DNA of 64,000 bases from a virus. The stretch lies in IMG/VR virus record IMGVR_UViG_3300011115_000874, positions 32,001 through 96,000 of that record. One strand, written 5' to 3'. Numbering within the stretch: the first letter of the stretch is position 1; each line of letters begins with the position of its first letter. The notes under the pieces are model-generated. The model did no database searches. It worked only from the letters and a program-made list of their open reading frames with translations, and was not told the origin of the DNA. This document shows, one piece after another, positions 11,000-20,900 of the stretch. Made by a program: the position numbers and the translations under genes.

Positions 11000-12556
11000 T
11001 TAACTATCGGATTTAATTAAGCTAAGAGCGTTAGTTGAAAATACATCTGGGTTAGTTTCAATTATTTTATCTTTACATACATCATATTTAAATAACCATA
11101 TTGTCTCATCTCTATTTGATGGTGTTTTACCTTTTAATGTTTCAGAAGCATATGTAACTACAAATGAATTATTTTGTGGTTTTATTTTATATAATTTAAA
11201 AGCTCCAACTCCTTCATGACATTTATTAACTCCCCAAAAATCTTTATAATTTTCAGTTCCTGGAGGTTTAAAGCATGTTATGCTAAAAGTTATAATTTTT
11301 TCATCTAACCCAGTGGTTAATTCTTTTAGTTTAGATGAATTAATTATGAATCTATTATATCTATATCCTCCAATTCTTTTAACTTTTGGTGGAGTTGTAT
11401 CACTAATAGGAAATTGGTCACCTGGTTGTAAAAATTTAAATCTTTCATCATTTTCAGGTGAGGTAGGAGAATGATATCCTGTTATGATGTTTTCATAGTC
11501 TTTTACTTCAGTGTATATGTTATTAAAATTACTTTCAGCAAAAGATTGAGGTATATTATTATTTAAACTAGCGTAATTATTTCCATCATCTCTTAATAAT
11601 ATTTGGTTATTAGCTTTTACTTGATATGTAGCTGAGTTACATTGGTGGCCATCACCTATATACATTACATCAAATGCTAAATTATTAGCTAAACAATCAT
11701 TATCTTTAGATGCTAATTCAACTGTTATACGTGTATATTGATCATTTTTATATTTAGGCAAATCAGCTGTTCTTTCTATTTTAGTATTAGGATCTAAAGA
11801 ACTAGAATTTAATTGTTCTAATAATTGCTTATTTGTTGCTATAACATCAGATCTTTCATTTATTACTAAATCATTAGGATTAGTAGGATTTGGGGTGAAA
11901 TACCTTTCCCAAGGTTCTAAACCTACTTTAGTTATATCTCCAAACTCTATTGTAGGTCTATTATTAATATTAAGAGTTGGGTTTTCAATATATTTTTTAT
12001 CTAAGAAATCATTAACATATTTTTTTAATGCTTCTGCTCTTGCTTTGGCTAACGATCCTGGTGTTCTTCTAAATTCATCTGTTCTATTAACTCCATCTCC
12101 TTCTTCATTATCAGAATTAGTTACTTGTGATTCAGATGAAGTAATTGTAATTTTTGTATTACCTGGATTATTTTTTATGAACTGGAACATGTCTTCAAGT
12201 TCTTGTTTTATTACTTCTTTAGATTCATTACTTAATGAATCAACAAGATATGTTCCTGATTCGTAAAGTCCTTGAAGATTAAGAGTACCTCCTTTTACAG
12301 GATCAATATAACTTGGTAATTCAGCTGTTTGTTGAGGATTAGTGATAGATGTAGTTTCTAAACCAGATTTAGAAAAGGTAACAGTTATATCTTTTGGATC
12401 AAGATCTACAGGAATGGTAATTAACCATTTACCTTCAGAATCAGTTGTTGTGAATTTACCAGATGGTATTCCATTTCCACTTATAGTAACCTTTACTCCT
12501 TCTAATTTATTTCCTGCTGGGGTGTCAAAAACTTGTCCATTAAATTGGTTTGGCAT
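11000..12556 (-). CDS. Virion-module protein with N-terminal carboxypeptidase-regulatory-like domain and possible OmpA-like domain
   Basis: GQVFD...LEGVKVTI...TTTDSEGKW...VTFSKSG; later ITITSSES...LAKARAEALKKY. Confidence 0.5.
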   Translation of the reverse strand: MPNQFNGQVFDTPAGNKLEGVKVTISGNGIPSGKFTTTDSEGKWLITIPVDLDPKDITVTFSKSGLETTSITNPQQTAELPSYIDPVKGGTLNLQGLYESGTYLVDSLSNESKEVIKQELEDMFQFIKNNPGNTKITITSSESQVTNSDNEEGDGVNRTDEFRRTPGSLAKARAEALKKYVNDFLDKKYIENPTLNINNRPTIEFGDITKVGLEPWERYFTPNPTNPNDLVINERSDVIATNKQLLEQLNSSSLDPNTKIERTADLPKYKNDQYTRITVELASKDNDCLANNLAFDVMYIGDGHQCNSATYQVKANNQILLRDDGNNYASLNNNIPQSFAESNFNNIYTEVKDYENIITGYHSPTSPENDERFKFLQPGDQFPISDTTPPKVKRIGGYRYNRFIINSSKLKELTTGLDEKIITFSITCFKPPGTENYKDFWGVNKCHEGVGAFKLYKIKPQNNSFVVTYASETLKGKTPSNRDETIWLFKYDVCKDKIIETNPDVFSTNALSLIKSDS

Positions 12557-12558
12557 GA

Positions 12559-13839
12559 TTATATCGTTTTAACTGTTTTAGATAATAAATTTTTAGCGTT
12601 TACTATATTTAAAATATCATTACTTAAAGTTTCAGCATCACATGCTATAGCTTGTAAAGATACAATTGGAGCACCATTACTATCAATAGATGTTTTAAAT
12701 GCTATATTAAGTGTCTGTAAAAATACAGCTATATCAGATAATAAAAAATTTAAATTTTCACCTAATACAACTGACTGTATTTTGCTTCCTTCTATTCCTT
12801 CAGATGAACCTAAATAAACTTTTTCGGCTGTTAATGAGATTTGTTTAGCATTCACTCCTAAGGTTTCACCACATGATAATTGAATTGCTTTACTAGATAA
12901 TAATAATATTGAATCAGATTTAGCATTAAATACTAATCTTCCTGAGTTAAGTACAATTTGGTTTCCTTCATATTGTCCTACATTAGTAGGAGGTGTTGAT
13001 TTAGTAAATGAAGAATTATTTATATTAGCTGGGAATAGTGGTAGTTGTTGGTTTGAAGTTAAATAAATTGATGATTTATCATTATTAATATCTTCAGTCA
13101 CAGGGACCCAAGGATCAGTAGTATATGATGCTTGTCCGTTTCTTATTATAACAATGGGATCACCATTACTATAACTAGCTCCATTAGACCACCCATTAGG
13201 TATAAAAGAATTACCTACAGTTGAACCAAAACGAATTGAGTTACCCCATCTACCTTCATATATTATGTCTCCTTCATATGGTAATAAAGGATGAATATCT
13301 GTTCTTTCATCAAATGTTTTACCTAAATTGATATCAGTACTATTATCAGTTACTCGTCTATAAGATCCTAATGTAGTAGAAACATAGTCTCTATCTTCAG
13401 CTTCTGTTAAATTTGGTGATACAGGAACAGCATTATGATGTTGGCTATTCCAAACGTTTGAAGGAGGAAAATAATAAGCTACAGATGAATTAGGATTTTC
13501 GGTTAAATTAGCCCCAGGTAAGAATATAATATATGTTAACTCATTAATAAGAGGATACTGTTTTATATTAGGAAATAATGGGATAGCAATTGTATTAGAT
13601 GTAGTATTATTATTATTTACAGCACTTAATCCATAATATGCTTCTTCATAAAAAATAGTTCCAATACTATTCCATTCTCCATATTCTTTAAATTTAGGAT
13701 GAGAATTATCTAAAATAATATCTAATACTCTAATGGGTGTAATTTTAATATCACCTCTACCTAAATTAGCAATTGAAGAAGGATTTGTAGTAAAAGTATT
13801 TTGATATGTACCTGCTACTCCGAACCTAATTTGAGTCAT
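12559..13839 (-). CDS. Baseplate hub/spike protein (gp5/VgrG-like)
   Basis: N-terminal OB-like part (YPLINELTYI), YEGDIIYEGRWGNSIRFG, and a C-terminal beta-helix-like part (QIVLNSGRLVFNAK, VYLG...VVLGE). Confidence 0.6.
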   Translation of the reverse strand: MTQIRFGVAGTYQNTFTTNPSSIANLGRGDIKITPIRVLDIILDNSHPKFKEYGEWNSIGTIFYEEAYYGLSAVNNNNTTSNTIAIPLFPNIKQYPLINELTYIIFLPGANLTENPNSSVAYYFPPSNVWNSQHHNAVPVSPNLTEAEDRDYVSTTLGSYRRVTDNSTDINLGKTFDERTDIHPLLPYEGDIIYEGRWGNSIRFGSTVGNSFIPNGWSNGASYSNGDPIVIIRNGQASYTTDPWVPVTEDINNDKSSIYLTSNQQLPLFPANINNSSFTKSTPPTNVGQYEGNQIVLNSGRLVFNAKSDSILLLSSKAIQLSCGETLGVNAKQISLTAEKVYLGSSEGIEGSKIQSVVLGENLNFLLSDIAVFLQTLNIAFKTSIDSNGAPIVSLQAIACDAETLSNDILNIVNAKNLLSKTVKTI

Positions 13840-14180
13840 TATTCTTCAGTTTTAAATTTATCTAACTCAGCTAATAATTGTTGTTTTTCTTCTTCAGAAA
13901 TACCAAAACTACCATCATTAGGTCCAGCACTATTATTCATAATACGTTGGATAATAGTAGCCATTTTAATCAATTGTTCATCATTCTTAACACTTATCTC
14001 TAAGTATTCTTTAATCAAAGGAACAATAAGAGTAGCATCACCTATTTCTTGTACAAGTGGTTTAAGTTCTGATATTAAGATAGATATTTGTTTGTCTTTT
14101 TTCTGTTGGTTAGTATAAATCTCTTCTAATATATCTGAAAATTTCTTTTTACCAAATACAACATTGTCTAATCCATTCAT
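13839..14180 (-). CDS. Conserved-looking helical late protein
   Basis: 113 aa, late motif at 14193-14199. Confidence 0.55.
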   Translation of the reverse strand: MNGLDNVVFGKKKFSDILEEIYTNQQKKDKQISILISELKPLVQEIGDATLIVPLIKEYLEISVKNDEQLIKMATIIQRIMNNSAGPNDGSFGISEEEKQQLLAELDKFKTEE

Positions 14181-14205
14181 AATATTTTATCTATAAATAT
14201 GAGCA

Positions 14206-14922
14206 TTAGAAATTTGTATATCCGTTTTCTAGATAGAAATAATAATATTGTTTAAATATACCATATAATTTGTCGGCTATCTTAGTGATTTTAGGGGTTT
14301 TAGCGTCAATAATCTCACGAATGTATATATACAGTGCTTTTTTATTAAAGATGTCTATATGCTCTCTCTTACGGAATAACTCAAGGATGGCATCTGCAAT
14401 TTGAGCGTCTGCTTCTTTAGGAAATAAAGTATAAATATTAGATGTACAATAAGTAACATATTCATCTAAAAAATTAGATAATCTATCTTGAGATGAACCT
14501 TCATCAATTCTATAGGAAAAGTTTTCATTTGATTCAATTTCTTCAATAGGGGCTTTATCTACTCGTTTTTTATAATTTTTAGTGTTAGTAATAATTAAGT
14601 AACGTTTAGCAATAGTGCCGAAATATGAGAATGCTTTTGCTCCCCTAGCTGGGTTGAATAGATGTATTTTAGAAAGTAAAAATGTTATTACTTCGTGTTG
14701 TAAATCCTGGATGTTATCTACCTCAGTATAATAGAACTTAAAAGTATGGATAATGTTTTCGGTTAATTTAAAGAAAGCATAATGAATACGTTCACGATAT
14801 ATTTTATCTTTTAATTCAAAGTCAGTAGTACTATTATACTCATTAATAGCATTTTCTGTATCTTGGGTAAAATATTGAACACCTTTAGGTTTTCTTTTTT
14901 TAGCCTCTTGTATTTCGATCAT
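14206..14922 (-). CDS. Phage RNA polymerase sigma-like factor (T4 gp55-like, late transcription)
   Basis: YFT...AI.EY, DLQHEVITFLLSKIHLFNP and KAFSYFGTIAKRYLI resemble sigma region 2 and the gp55 F(A/S)YF motif. Confidence 0.65.
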   Translation of the reverse strand: MIEIQEAKKRKPKGVQYFTQDTENAINEYNSTTDFELKDKIYRERIHYAFFKLTENIIHTFKFYYTEVDNIQDLQHEVITFLLSKIHLFNPARGAKAFSYFGTIAKRYLIITNTKNYKKRVDKAPIEEIESNENFSYRIDEGSSQDRLSNFLDEYVTYCTSNIYTLFPKEADAQIADAILELFRKREHIDIFNKKALYIYIREIIDAKTPKITKIADKLYGIFKQYYYFYLENGYTNF

Positions 14923-15194
14923 AAATTTTTAATTTTAAAAGCATTCAATGTTTCTTGAATTTGCTTTATTTCTTGAAAAAAGAATCCTACTTCATCATCA
15001 GATTCAAATGAACCTTTACGATCTACTTCTTTAAGTTTTTTATCTGAGAATTCAATCACTCCAGATATTTTACTTAAGTATTCCATATACCCTGTTAAGA
15101 TATCTTCTTGTTTTTCATTCTTTTTAAGAAGATTAAAGGTCGTGAATCCAAGAGCCACGACCAATATTCCTAATATAATTACTAATATTATCAT
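14919..15194 (-). CDS. Small membrane-anchored protein
   Basis: N-terminal hydrophobic helix. Confidence 0.6.
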   Translation of the reverse strand: MIILVIILGILVVALGFTTFNLLKKNEKQEDILTGYMEYLSKISGVIEFSDKKLKEVDRKGSFESDDEVGFFFQEIKQIQETLNAFKIKNL

Positions 15195-15961
15195 ATACTA
15201 TCTAACATATTCATTAAACCTTGAGACTTAACATTACTTAATGTCTTAGTTTTAATTGTTTGTTTAGGTGCTTTAGTGACAGCAAAATTATTTACTTTTT
15301 TAACTTCACCTTTTAATTTTGGATTCCATTCACGTTCAAACTCAATACGAGCAGCCATTAAATCAGCTTGATGAACAATGTAAATTAGTGAAGTACGAGG
15401 CTTAGTTTCTGGTGACCAAGACATCAAGTATGGTTTATTAGCATCATCATATAAACCATCATGTAATTTAATTGCTAACCATTCATTTTTAGACATCTGG
15501 ATACCATGAGACAGTAGTAAATGTAAACTACGATCTGGTACTGACATGAATTCTAAACGATCATTAAATTTATAGTCTTCACCTAATTTATCTTTACGCC
15601 ATTGGTCATCTTGAGGGATATAAGCATCATGTTGTTCATCACCCATTTTACCTAGGTCATGATTTAAGGCTGCGAATACTAATTCTTCTTTAGTATAAGT
15701 AGATTCGTCTACTCCCATTTCAACCCATACATTATTTACTTTAAGAGCACAATCAATAACTCGTAACACGTGGTCTACATAACCACCTGGGAAAGCATTA
15801 TGGTATTCTTTCTTATGTGCCGCGGGCATTAACATAAGACGTTCTGAGTATTTAGAATAAAAATCTAATAATTGTGAACGACGTGGTTCACTAATATAAA
15901 CCTCTATTCTAGACATTAATTTATTCCAGTTATCCTGGATTTGTTCTGCTGTTAGATTCAT
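15191..15961 (-). CDS. HD-domain phosphohydrolase (start revised to MNLTAEQ)
   Basis: YHNAFPGGYVDH..V, NHDLGK, LHDG, HQAD metal-binding pattern. Confidence 0.8.
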   Translation of the reverse strand: MNLTAEQIQDNWNKLMSRIEVYISEPRRSQLLDFYSKYSERLMLMPAAHKKEYHNAFPGGYVDHVLRVIDCALKVNNVWVEMGVDESTYTKEELVFAALNHDLGKMGDEQHDAYIPQDDQWRKDKLGEDYKFNDRLEFMSVPDRSLHLLLSHGIQMSKNEWLAIKLHDGLYDDANKPYLMSWSPETKPRTSLIYIVHQADLMAARIEFEREWNPKLKGEVKKVNNFAVTKAPKQTIKTKTLSNVKSQGLMNMLDSI

Positions 15962-15962
15962 A

Positions 15963-16145
15963 TTAATTATACATTGTTTGTTCAGACTCAACAAATAAGC
16001 GAGTTTGCTCAATCATATCTTTTAATCTATCAATACCTTCTAAATATACTTCTAGAGGTTGTTCTTGTTTAACGATAAAGTTTAATTGGTTAGCAAGATT
16101 ATCCATCTTATCTAATTGATGTAATACGTTGTCTTTGTTTTTCAT
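15963..16145 (-). CDS. Hypothetical protein
   Basis: 60 aa ORF. Confidence 0.5.
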   Translation of the reverse strand: MKNKDNVLHQLDKMDNLANQLNFIVKQEQPLEVYLEGIDRLKDMIEQTRLFVESEQTMYN

Positions 16146-16269
16146 ACGTTTATTATTTGTTTTATGTACCCGTGGTCACATTCCACGTTCTTTATTTCCT
16201 ACGTTTTAGATGTTTCCTAAAACCCGTATCTATATAATACGAATTAGGACTTGCGAGGCCAAGCTATTT

Positions 16270-16683
16270 TTAAGAGGGATTTGCTATGTCTTGTATTTTT
16301 TTAAGAAGAGCACAATTCTCATATTCTTCTAAATCTTCAAAGTGGGAGAGTGCTGATGATAATGCTTTTAAAAATTGTTCATCTGAGTATAGTATAAGAC
16401 AATCACGATGCATTTGGTTAGTAGTATCTATTTTAGAAATATGATCCATAGCTCTAGCAAACACCATCATACCACCAGCTAACTTAATGTCATCTACATT
16501 TAATTTAGGATCAGATGATTCGAAGAACTCTACCATCTGTTTACTAAATACTTTATAATTTATAATTAACTTTTTAAACATTCCCATCCAAACAATAGGA
16601 TGATTAGACATATCTACTTGAGTAGTAGTCTCAACTTTCTCTTCAGGGGATTTAAATAAGTTAAAAATATCATCAATATTCAT
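16270..16683 (-). CDS. Hypothetical protein with C-terminal UVR-like motif
   Basis: ALSHFEDLEEYENCALLKK. Confidence 0.5.
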   Translation of the reverse strand: MNIDDIFNLFKSPEEKVETTTQVDMSNHPIVWMGMFKKLIINYKVFSKQMVEFFESSDPKLNVDDIKLAGGMMVFARAMDHISKIDTTNQMHRDCLILYSDEQFLKALSSALSHFEDLEEYENCALLKKIQDIANPS

Positions 16684-16709
16684 ATATATAAATATATGTT
16701 AAACAGGAG

Positions 16710-16731
16710 AATAGCGGCTTTAGGCCGCTAT
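16710..16731 (-). terminator. Intrinsic terminator-like hairpin
   Basis: atagcggc-ttta-g-gccgctat inverted repeat between genes. Confidence 0.5.
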
Positions 16732-16769
16732 AATAAAAAAATTGTGGATGTGTTATTGACGGTTTAAAT

Positions 16770-17114
16770 TTATCCTTTAATTAATTGTTTTTGCTCTTTT
16801 AATGTAGCAGACATTTTATCAATTCTTGAGTCTACATAAGACACAGTGTTATTAAATTTAATATCTAATTCACGCTGTAACTCAGTGACATGATGATCGG
16901 AATGGCGTCCTATTTCATCTAATCTACGATCCAAATCTTGACGTAGATGATTTAAATTTTCCCATCCATCACGTTCAATATTCTTACTTTGTTGTTCTTG
17001 TTCTTTAATTGCTTTTAACAATTTAGTAATCTTAACTACACCCCAAACGATTGCAGCTACAAATGCAGCTCCAACAATCGAGAGCATACCTAAAACGAAA
17101 TATATTGTTTCCAT
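16770..17114 (-). CDS. Membrane-anchored coiled-coil protein
   Basis: N-terminal TM helix followed by a heptad-rich region. Confidence 0.6.
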   Translation of the reverse strand: METIYFVLGMLSIVGAAFVAAIVWGVVKITKLLKAIKEQEQQSKNIERDGWENLNHLRQDLDRRLDEIGRHSDHHVTELQRELDIKFNNTVSYVDSRIDKMSATLKEQKQLIKG

Positions 17115-17160
17115 ATTTATTTTCTCCTTATTATTATGTCAAAGAACACATCCACAATTG

Positions 17161-17234
17161 TGCGCCCTCCTGGGATCGAACCAGGTACCTACTGATTATG
17201 AGTCAGTTGCTCTAACCTAATGAGCTAAGGGCGC
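17161..17234 (-). tRNA. tRNA with CAT anticodon, probably Ile2 (lysidine type)
   Basis: GCGCCCTTAGCTCATTAGGTTAGAGCAACTGACTCATAATCAGTAGGTACCTGGTTCGATCCCAGGAGGGCGCA folds as a full cloverleaf and resembles ileX-type tRNAs. Confidence 0.9.
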
Positions 17235-17240
17235 TATTTG

Positions 17241-17311
17241 AGGTCCTGAACGGAATCGAACCGCTGTATAAGCTTTTGCAGAGCTCCACCTAACCACTCG
17301 GCTACAGGACC
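17241..17311 (-). tRNA. tRNA-Cys(GCA)
   Basis: GGTCCTG/CAGGACC acceptor, GAGCT-CTGCAAA-AGCTT anticodon arm, U73 discriminator. Confidence 0.9.
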
Positions 17312-17317
17312 TTTTTG

Positions 17318-17458
17318 TACTCAAGGCAGGAGTTGAACCTGCACGGGCTGCCATTATAATGACCACATCTTGTTCAGATGATTTTTTACCCACGTTGTTA
17401 TAACCATACGTTGCGTCTACCGTCGAACAGGGCCTCCTGATCCTTTCGCCACTTGAGT
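17318..17458 (-). ncRNA. 141-nt tRNA-like RNA with expanded D and variable regions
   Basis: ACTCAAG/CTTGAGT acceptor, GCAGG-TTCAACT-CCTGC T-arm, TGGCGAAA...GGTAGACGC Leu-like D elements; non-canonical anticodon arm. Confidence 0.6.
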
Positions 17459-17511
17459 ATATGATGAATATAATATCTATATATTATAAAGCCAAACTCT
17501 TCTTGATAAAA

Positions 17512-17534
17512 AAAGCCGGGCTTAACCCGGCTTT
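17512..17534 (-). terminator. Intrinsic terminator
   Basis: aaagccggg-cttaa-cccggcttt hairpin followed by a U tract on the minus strand. Confidence 0.75.
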
Positions 17535-17557
17535 AAACGACTACTTATATTTTAGCG

Positions 17558-17845
17558 TTATAGTTGTTCGTCTGTATTAGTAGGTGGGGTATTGCCGTTA
17601 TTTGGCGTGTTATTCTTGGCTTGTTGTTTCATCTTAACAACGTTTTCTATAACAGTTAAACCTAAACCACCACCAGCAATTAACGCGATTGAATCGAACA
17701 TGAATTCGGGTGTGATGTGTTCTTCGTTCTTATAGGTAGCTATGTACGCTAGAGATATAACTACAGCTAATGCTAATAACGATGCGAAACGCTTACTTGA
17801 AGTATCTGAAGTGCCTGATAATAGGTCTTTAAGGAATTTTTTCAT
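17558..17845 (-). CDS. Two-TM membrane protein (holin-like)
   Basis: SSKRF followed by two hydrophobic helices; late motif upstream. Confidence 0.45.
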   Translation of the reverse strand: MKKFLKDLLSGTSDTSSKRFASLLALAVVISLAYIATYKNEEHITPEFMFDSIALIAGGGLGLTVIENVVKMKQQAKNNTPNNGNTPPTNTDEQL

Positions 17846-17876
17846 AGTGTGTGTTTTATGATAAATATATAGTGAT

Positions 17877-18404
17877 TTACACTAGTAATGATTTTAACTT
17901 TATAGCTAGATCAGGTAGTTTTTTAATAGATAATATCTCTGACCAAGCATTAGGGATATAACTTTTTATAACGGTTACAACCTCAGGTATTTTAGACATA
18001 TCTAAACTATATAAAATTCCAGCTATTATTAATACTGTAGCTTTTAAAATATTAGCTAATTTATTTCTTTGACCATCATCTTTCACAAATGGTTTTAACA
18101 TTAACCTAATTGGAGAGTCTAATTTAGAATCTAATTTACTTGATAAATTAATTATCCAATCTACTTTTTGTCTCATTGGATCTCCACCTTTTTTAAGACT
18201 AATTCTAGACATTAAGGCTTTTACAACTCTAGCTAAGTTATTAACAATCCCTGGTATGGCTGGTGCTATCAAAGCTATATCTCCAATTGTAACTTCATTT
18301 TGAGGTACCTGTTTAATAGCATTTAATATAGCGTCATCTACACCTGATAAATCAATATCTTCTTGTGAGTCTAGTTCTTTTAATAAATCAACTAATTTAA
18401 TCAT
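17877..18404 (-). CDS. Late protein with MIKLVDLLKE N terminus
   Basis: Shared N-terminal tag; late motif 18409-18415. Confidence 0.6.
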   Translation of the reverse strand: MIKLVDLLKELDSQEDIDLSGVDDAILNAIKQVPQNEVTIGDIALIAPAIPGIVNNLARVVKALMSRISLKKGGDPMRQKVDWIINLSSKLDSKLDSPIRLMLKPFVKDDGQRNKLANILKATVLIIAGILYSLDMSKIPEVVTVIKSYIPNAWSEILSIKKLPDLAIKLKSLLV

Positions 18405-18465
18405 AATAATAAATACAACAGAGAAAGGAGCTTTCGCTCCCTTCCCCTAATCAACCTTTAACTAA

Positions 18466-19269
18466 TTAGGCAGCAAACTCAGCTGCTAACTCATATAACT
18501 TAGCATTCAAATCTAAATCTTGTTTGAAGTTCTTAATCTTACGAGCCTTTCTAACCTTAGCTCCTGATTGGTATTCAAACATTCCTTGAGTAATTTTTTC
18601 TTGAATCACATTAAACACACTCCACAAATCAGTACCACGGTCTTCAGGTCTAGTAGCTGTAGTTAAGGCGTTATAATCAATTGCAATGTTTTGCGCTTGT
18701 TCTTCACCAAAACGTATTTGAACTGCTTTACGAGCAAACTCTAAAATTTGTTCTTGGGCCAGTTGCGTTTGTTTGAATTGATTCATTGACTCAACTGCTA
18801 ACGGTAACGCTTCTACCATTGTATTAATAACAGTTTGTAACTCTGTAAAATCATATCCGTAGTGACGAATCTTCATATTCTCAAACTCTTGAGTTGAAAT
18901 TACTAAACCATTCTCACAAATCATTCGAAACAAACCAGCAGTGAATGTAAACGCATTTTTACCATCATGACTATTAGTTAATAGAATTTGTGGAAAAACA
19001 TTATCACCATCTGCACCCTCAATGAACAAATCATTGTTACGAAACACTACTAAGTGTTTTTGAAATCCTTCACCTTTACGGGCGCGTACTTGTTTAACGT
19101 CTACTACACCCCATCCTAACTCTTCCATATCATCAATGATCTGTTTAGTTGAGATATGTGAATACTTCTGACTAGTACCTGGAGCACTTGTAGTTGTGAA
19201 AATTGAACTTGCTTTCTCTTTAATTTCAGAAGCAGTTAAAAACGTGTTGTTGTTTAAATCTAGTGGCAT
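18466..19269 (-). CDS. DUF932/DUF945-family protein
   Basis: SQKYSHIST, KHLVVFR, PQILLTNSHDG...AGLFRMICENGL, DLWSVFNVIQE. Confidence 0.8.
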   Translation of the reverse strand: MPLDLNNNTFLTASEIKEKASSIFTTTSAPGTSQKYSHISTKQIIDDMEELGWGVVDVKQVRARKGEGFQKHLVVFRNNDLFIEGADGDNVFPQILLTNSHDGKNAFTFTAGLFRMICENGLVISTQEFENMKIRHYGYDFTELQTVINTMVEALPLAVESMNQFKQTQLAQEQILEFARKAVQIRFGEEQAQNIAIDYNALTTATRPEDRGTDLWSVFNVIQEKITQGMFEYQSGAKVRKARKIKNFKQDLDLNAKLYELAAEFAA

Positions 19270-19291
19270 AACCTTTATTTATTTATTTTAT

Positions 19292-19588
19292 TTATAATTC
19301 GTTAATTAATGAACACATACGACTAATTGTGTTTCTGTATTTTTCTCTATAATCCATTCTCCATGGATCCCTATCTATATCCTGAGCTAAAAGAACTGCC
19401 TGGTCTGCATATATCTTTAACTTCTCAGATGTAGTGCCTTCAAATTCACCTTCTAAGGCGTCAATTGTAGGTACAATAAATATCTTTTGAACTGCCTTAC
19501 GGCCTCTTTTTTTAGGTTCAGCTGTGCTTACTTCTAATTTAACTTCTTGTTTTTTTGTCCCTGGTGGACGACCTCTTCTTTTTTCCAT
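19292..19588 (-). CDS. Small early protein with AT-hook-like motifs
   Basis: KRRGRPPG and KKRGRK; has its own promoter. Confidence 0.6.
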   Translation of the reverse strand: MEKRRGRPPGTKKQEVKLEVSTAEPKKRGRKAVQKIFIVPTIDALEGEFEGTTSEKLKIYADQAVLLAQDIDRDPWRMDYREKYRNTISRMCSLINEL

Positions 19589-19651
19589 AACCTTTATTTG
19601 TGTTTTTAATTATACCTAAATATAACATCCTTATCCTGGTGAGCCAAACTT

Positions 19652-19825
19652 TTAGTTGAATAGGCTAAGAATAGTAATAATGATAAAAAATATTGTAAAA
19701 TTAAAAACAAGACTACGTGAAACATTAATTACTTCTTCTTTAAATGTAGGCTTTACTTCAGCTTGTTGAGTGAGAATCATACGTGTAATCACTACTCCTA
19801 AAATCAAAATCATAATTGCGTTCAT
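19652..19825 (-). CDS. Small membrane protein, 57 aa (not in ORF track)
   Basis: MNAIMILILGVVITR...FFIITILSLFN; fills the space between two promoter copies. Confidence 0.6.
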   Translation of the reverse strand: MNAIMILILGVVITRMILTQQAEVKPTFKEEVINVSRSLVFNFTIFFIIITILSLFN

Positions 19826-19938
19826 AGTCGTTGTTATTAATTATTATTATGAACTAAATATAACATCAACTCACCAGGAAGCCAAACACTCAACCGGAAA
19901 GGTCACAAGAAAATACTAGAACGTTGAAAATTAATGGA

Positions 19939-20898
19939 TTAGACGATTTCTAGGATAACATCGTCACCTACCTCACGAATCACTGCCAAAGCATCCTGAG
20001 TCGCTACTACTATAACTGGGTAGTTATCATCATCATTCAACCCAACCATTTGCATTAAATCAGCTCCTTCAATTACTTCCTCAATTGAACCAGCTTGATC
20101 TACAACTGCGTCTAACTCAGTTACTTTAATTTTTGTAGTTGATTCATAAATACCATAATCACCTTTAGATAATGATAACCCAGATAAAGCTTGTTTAATA
20201 TCAAGTAACACTTGAGGTGGATCAGTAGATAGTATTAAGTGGTCTACCCCTATACCTTCCATCAAACTAGAATTACTTATATCCTCAGGGGTGAATGGAA
20301 CAATAATTCCTCCTACTTCACCTCCAATAAAATTACCTTGTTTTAAACCTATAGGAGCTAACTTACTAATCCATAAACTCCAACTACCTGGGTATAAGAT
20401 GTTATCTGAGAAAATTGTTTTATATGCTTCTAATAACATAGTATACATCTTAATACCCAATCCTTTACCGCGGTACTTCGGGCTAACGTACGTTAAATGT
20501 ATCTCTGCACCAGGTAGGCGATATGGTTTAGTACGCCCAGAATTCGCATTGATGTATATTTTCTCCACCTCTACTTGTCCTATAACATAATCATCTAAAG
20601 TAGTGCCTTTAGTATTTACTAAATATAAAGTACCACGGTAAGTTGAAGGTACTATAAACTCAAAGTCACCATCAGCTGTGATAACACTTTTTTTAATCAT
20701 ACGAGGATTAAATGTAGCATCAGGCTTTAGATTAAAGTCCTCAGAGTTAAACTTACCTCTACTAACAGTAAAGAACTCATCTTCAGGTATTTGAAAGTCT
20801 TCTAAGAATGCAATCAATACTTGTTCTAAAGTAATGTTATCATCTAGATCGCCACCACGTAGGTCTAATTCTTTAAGTAAGTCGGTTAATTTAATCAT
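19939..20898 (-). CDS. GNAT-like acetyltransferase-domain protein with MIKLTDLLKE N terminus
   Basis: IHLTYVSPKYRGKGLGIKMY corresponds to GNAT acetyl-CoA motif A. Confidence 0.65.
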   Translation of the reverse strand: MIKLTDLLKELDLRGGDLDDNITLEQVLIAFLEDFQIPEDEFFTVSRGKFNSEDFNLKPDATFNPRMIKKSVITADGDFEFIVPSTYRGTLYLVNTKGTTLDDYVIGQVEVEKIYINANSGRTKPYRLPGAEIHLTYVSPKYRGKGLGIKMYTMLLEAYKTIFSDNILYPGSWSLWISKLAPIGLKQGNFIGGEVGGIIVPFTPEDISNSSLMEGIGVDHLILSTDPPQVLLDIKQALSGLSLSKGDYGIYESTTKIKVTELDAVVDQAGSIEEVIEGADLMQMVGLNDDDNYPVIVVATQDALAVIREVGDDVILEIV

Positions 20899-20900
20899 AA

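Noticed and set aside
17318-17458. Intron-containing tRNA-Leu
   Set aside because: The extra sequence is split between the D loop and the variable region and is far too short for a group I intron. It is kept as a tRNA-like RNA instead.
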